Shown: piece after piece, positions 60,914-64,000 of the stretch
Layout of the letters: every line of letters starts with the position of its first letter
Position numbering within the stretch: the first letter of the stretch is position 1
Source of the DNA: Cycloclasticus sp.
Lineage (GTDB): Bacteria; Pseudomonadota; Gammaproteobacteria; Methylococcales; Cycloclasticaceae
Reading direction: 5' to 3'
Assembly: GCA_002733135.1 (NCBI GenBank)
Contig: NVUJ01000009.1
Location: 7,518 to 71,517, forward strand
Length of the DNA stretch: 64,000 nt
Translations under genes and position numbers: made by a program
The notes under the pieces: generated by a model
Told to the model about the DNA's origin: nothing
The model's database searches: none
Seen by the model: only the letters and a program-made list of their open reading frames with translations

Positions 60914-61360
60914 CTACTCAGTTGTAACGGGTTCTTCAACGCCTTTTAGCAAAGCGTCAAGTGTATGCCACGGCAAGGTTGCGCACTTAACACGCGCAGG
61001 GTATTCACAAACACCCGCTAATACAGCCAACTTGCCTAACTCGTCCATTTCTACGTGCTCACCCGTTGCCATTTTGTGAAATAGCGAAAACAAATGTTGT
61101 GCTTCTTGCTCAGTTTGGCCTTTAACAATATCCGTCATTAATGAAGCAGATGCCGTTGAAATAGCACAACCTTGGCCTTGGAAACTGGCATCGGCAATTT
61201 TATCGCCATCAAGTTTTATAAATAACGTTAAGCGATCGCCACATAATGGATTAAAGCCATCTATTTGACGGTCTGCGTCGTCCATTACTCGGAAATTTCT
61301 TGGGTTTCTATTGTGATCAAAAATTACTTCTTGATACAGGTCTCTTAAATCATCAAGCAT
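60914..61360 (-). CDS. sufU: SufU-type Fe-S sulfur-transfer protein
   Basis: LYQEVI.DH, NPLCGD, GCAIS, RVKCA.L.W. Confidence 0.9.
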   Translation of the reverse strand: MLDDLRDLYQEVIFDHNRNPRNFRVMDDADRQIDGFNPLCGDRLTLFIKLDGDKIADASFQGQGCAISTASASLMTDIVKGQTEQEAQHLFSLFHKMATGEHVEMDELGKLAVLAGVCEYPARVKCATLPWHTLDALLKGVEEPVTTE

Positions 61361-62607
61361 TAGCCAAACATCTCTATTAGGTTTTCAATTCCCGCCATTA
61401 ACGCGTCTACTTCTTCATATGTGTTATACATGGCAAACGATGCACGCGCGGTTGCTGGCACGCCAAAGAAATCCATCACTGGCATCGCGCAATGATGCCC
61501 CGCTCTAACCGCAATACCTTGATGATCCATCATAGTACCAATATCGTGTGGGTGAATACCATCCAATACGAAAGATAGTATCGCGCCTTTATTATCAGCT
61601 GTGCCAATAATACGTAGCTTATCAATCTTGTGAGACAGGTCTGTCGCGTATTCAAGCAAGCTATTTTCATGTGCGGCAATCGCATCAATACCGACGCTGT
61701 TTATATAATCAATCGCAGCACCTAAACCAATCGTTCCAGCAATATTGGGTGTACCCGCTTCGAACTTGTACGGCACTTTGTTGTACGCCGTATTCTCAAA
61801 CGTCACGATACTGATCATATCGCCGCCACCTTGGTACGGCGCCATGTGCTCAAGTTGTTCCATTTTTCCGTACAAAGCACCAATACCTGTTGGTGCGTAC
61901 AGTTTATGGCCGGAAAACACGTAAAACTCACAATCTAGCGCCTGAACATCAACAGCTATGTGTGGAATCGCTTGCGCGCCATCAATCAGAACAGGCACAT
62001 CAAACTGATGCAACACATCAATCATCTGTTTAATCGGGTTAATGGTACCTAGTGCATTCGACATATGTGACACAGCGGCAAATTTAGTTTTGTTACTCAC
62101 TAATGCTTCAAACGCGTCCCAAATCAACTCGCCTTTATCGTTGATCGGTGCCACTTTAAGTACTGCGCCGGTTTTCTCACACAGCATTTGCCACGGCACG
62201 ATATTAGAATGGTGCTCCATTGCCGTAATTAATACCTCGTCACCCGCTTTAAGCTTTTGGGCAAAAGCATTCGCCACCAAGTTTATGGCTTCAGTTGCGC
62301 CACGCGCGAAGACGATTTCTTTTTCAGACGCCGCATTCATAAATGACGCTACCTTTTTACGTGCGTTTTCGTAAGACAAGGTCGCGCGTTCGCTTAAGGT
62401 ATGTACGCCACGGTGAATATTGGCGTTATCGTTTTCGTAATAATGCACAATGCTATCTATAACAGCTTTAGGTTTTTGGCTAGTTGCCGCATTATCTAGA
62501 TACACCAATTGTTTGCCACGAACCTGTTGATTAAGCACAGGGAAGTCCTGGCGAATGCGCTCTACGTCATAGCCTTCAATGTTGCTTAGCACTGGGTTTA
62601 TAGCCAT
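61360..62607 (-). CDS. sufS: Cysteine desulfurase SufS
   Basis: YLDNAAT, SGHK, RAGHHCA. Confidence 0.94.
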   Translation of the reverse strand: MAINPVLSNIEGYDVERIRQDFPVLNQQVRGKQLVYLDNAATSQKPKAVIDSIVHYYENDNANIHRGVHTLSERATLSYENARKKVASFMNAASEKEIVFARGATEAINLVANAFAQKLKAGDEVLITAMEHHSNIVPWQMLCEKTGAVLKVAPINDKGELIWDAFEALVSNKTKFAAVSHMSNALGTINPIKQMIDVLHQFDVPVLIDGAQAIPHIAVDVQALDCEFYVFSGHKLYAPTGIGALYGKMEQLEHMAPYQGGGDMISIVTFENTAYNKVPYKFEAGTPNIAGTIGLGAAIDYINSVGIDAIAAHENSLLEYATDLSHKIDKLRIIGTADNKGAILSFVLDGIHPHDIGTMMDHQGIAVRAGHHCAMPVMDFFGVPATARASFAMYNTYEEVDALMAGIENLIEMFG

Positions 62608-63929
62608 TCTAACTTCATCCCAGGTTGAGGAAAGCGTTTGACTAACTGCTCTAATACCTTGATTCTTAAAGGATTGAAAGAAATACGCTCAACCATTTCA
62701 TTAGCAAAAGCAAACGTCAGCATATTTTTTGCCATTTGCTCATCTGCACCACGTGTTCGTAAATAGAAAATCGCCGCATCGTCAAGTTGACCCACGGTAA
62801 CACCGTGCGCACACTTAACATCATCTGCATAAATTTCTAATTGCGGTTTGGTATCTGCTTCCGCGTGGTCTGATAACAATAAGTTACGATTGTTCATTTT
62901 GGCATCTGTCTTTTGCGCGTCTTGAGCGACGATAATGCGCCCTTGAAACACACCACGTGAACGATCATTCATGATGCCTTTGTAGGTTTCATTACTGATT
63001 GAATGCGGGTGCAAGTGATTTAATCGCGTATGGTTATCTATCAACTGATGGCCTTCAGCGATATACAGCCCGTCTAAGCAGCAATCAGAGGCCTCACCTA
63101 ATTCCGCGTGAATTTCTGCACGTGATATCACTGCACCGAAGGTATAATTATTTTGATTAAAAATCGCATTCTTCTCTAAACGAGAATATACACCACCTAT
63201 GTGGTAAGCCTTTAATGACTCTGCCTGTAGGCGGTTATGTGTTAAGTTTGCATTCGGTTCTACCACCACTTCAGTGATCACATTCGTCAAATAGCAGCTA
63301 TCATCAACGCTATTATAGGTTTCGATAACCGTTGCCTTAGATGAAGCTTTGGCAAGAATCACGTTCCTGCAATTCGATATACTTAACGCGCCTTCTTTAG
63401 ACGATACAAACGCGACTTGAATGGGTTGTTCGACCGTCGTGTTTTCTTCAATTGAAATAACAGCGCCATCGGTAAACAAGGCGGTATTAAAGTTAATGAA
63501 ACCTAAGGCTGGCGTTTCTACCACTGAATCCAATAAAGATTTAACCAATGATTCGTAATCATTCAAACTATTACTGATGGGTGAAACAACAACGCCTTCA
63601 GGCAAGCCATCAATTGATGACAGTTCAGCTTGATAAAAGCCATCAACAAACACTAAATGGTGGCAACCTTCTATCAGAACGCTGCTTAAAAATGCTGAAT
63701 TGACACTGCCCGCTTGTTTAGATAAAGCAAACTGGCTTTTTTCAATCGGTGAGATATTGGTATAACGCCATTCCTCTTCACGTGGTGATGGAAAACCAAC
63801 ACCTGTAAATTCTTCAGATGCTTTTTTACGCAAGCTGTTTAGCCAGTCAATATCACCACCAATCAGGTGATTATTGTCACTAGCGATTAAGTCGCTGTAA
63901 TGCGCATTAGGTAAATGTGTAACAGACAT
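62598..63929 (-). CDS. sufD: Fe-S assembly protein SufD
   Basis: EEWRYT, KPQLEIYADDVKCAHG. Confidence 0.93.
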   Translation of the reverse strand: MSVTHLPNAHYSDLIASDNNHLIGGDIDWLNSLRKKASEEFTGVGFPSPREEEWRYTNISPIEKSQFALSKQAGSVNSAFLSSVLIEGCHHLVFVDGFYQAELSSIDGLPEGVVVSPISNSLNDYESLVKSLLDSVVETPALGFINFNTALFTDGAVISIEENTTVEQPIQVAFVSSKEGALSISNCRNVILAKASSKATVIETYNSVDDSCYLTNVITEVVVEPNANLTHNRLQAESLKAYHIGGVYSRLEKNAIFNQNNYTFGAVISRAEIHAELGEASDCCLDGLYIAEGHQLIDNHTRLNHLHPHSISNETYKGIMNDRSRGVFQGRIIVAQDAQKTDAKMNNRNLLLSDHAEADTKPQLEIYADDVKCAHGVTVGQLDDAAIFYLRTRGADEQMAKNMLTFAFANEMVERISFNPLRIKVLEQLVKRFPQPGMKLEWL

Positions 63930-63932
63930 AAT

Positions 63933-64000
63933 TTAACTCGCTAATTTCTCTTCAACCCAAGCATAACCATGCTTTTCAAGCTCCAAAGCCAACTCAGGAC
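63933..64000 (-). CDS. sufC: 3' end of SufC ATPase (partial)
   Basis: PELALELEKHGYAW..* C-terminus directly upstream of sufD. Confidence 0.8.
   Translation of the reverse strand, partial: PELALELEKHGYAWVEEKLAS

Noticed and set aside
2277-62374. Many 60-195 aa antisense or alternate-frame ORFs (e.g. 4919-5506, 26533-27069, 45394-45804, 57586-58002)
   Set aside because: They are shadows of well-supported genes and have no motifs of their own.
60914-63929. sufU instead of sufE as a novelty
   Set aside because: sufCDSU-type operons are already known in several gammaproteobacterial lineages.

Overview
Gammaproteobacterial chromosome segment (AT-rich; gene order resembles marine Cycloclasticus-like organisms, not verifiable here). 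Bases 1-14807 are the right part of a prophage ending in a 16-bp tRNA 3'-end duplication (probably tRNA-Leu; att at 14792-14807). From right to left it carries: two zinc-ribbon membrane genes, a divergent Arc/double-Arc repressor switch, a 186-type CII, an Xis/AlpA-like gene, a methyltransferase, two tyrosine recombinases flanking O/P-like replication genes, a Mor-like activator, terminase small and large subunits and portal. The main unexplained signal lies directly downstream of the portal gene (1-1572, continuing past the window edge). It is an array of small single-gene cassettes separated by integron attC-like sites: four complete, one half site and one degenerate. Every ORF is inverted relative to canonical attC polarity, so it is co-oriented with the phage late genes, and stop codons (plus one start and its SD) are embedded in the attC boxes. 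No canonical intI is visible, but one phage recombinase has an insertion where IntI enzymes have one and is followed by a palindromic core-type site. The rest (15-64 kb) is mostly housekeeping: tRNA-Pro/Arg/His, folD, cysS, ppiB, lpxH, sthA, acnB, metZ, purF-cvpA-dedD-folC-accD-trpABF-truA, pdxJ-recO-era-rnc-lepB-lepA, the rpoE/rse-mucD locus, nadB, sdhCDAB-E, ygfZ, lysS, frameshifted prfB and sufCDSU. Minor oddities include a folC with no canonical start codon and an RPE-like palindromic element. All family calls come from motif recognition, not database searches.
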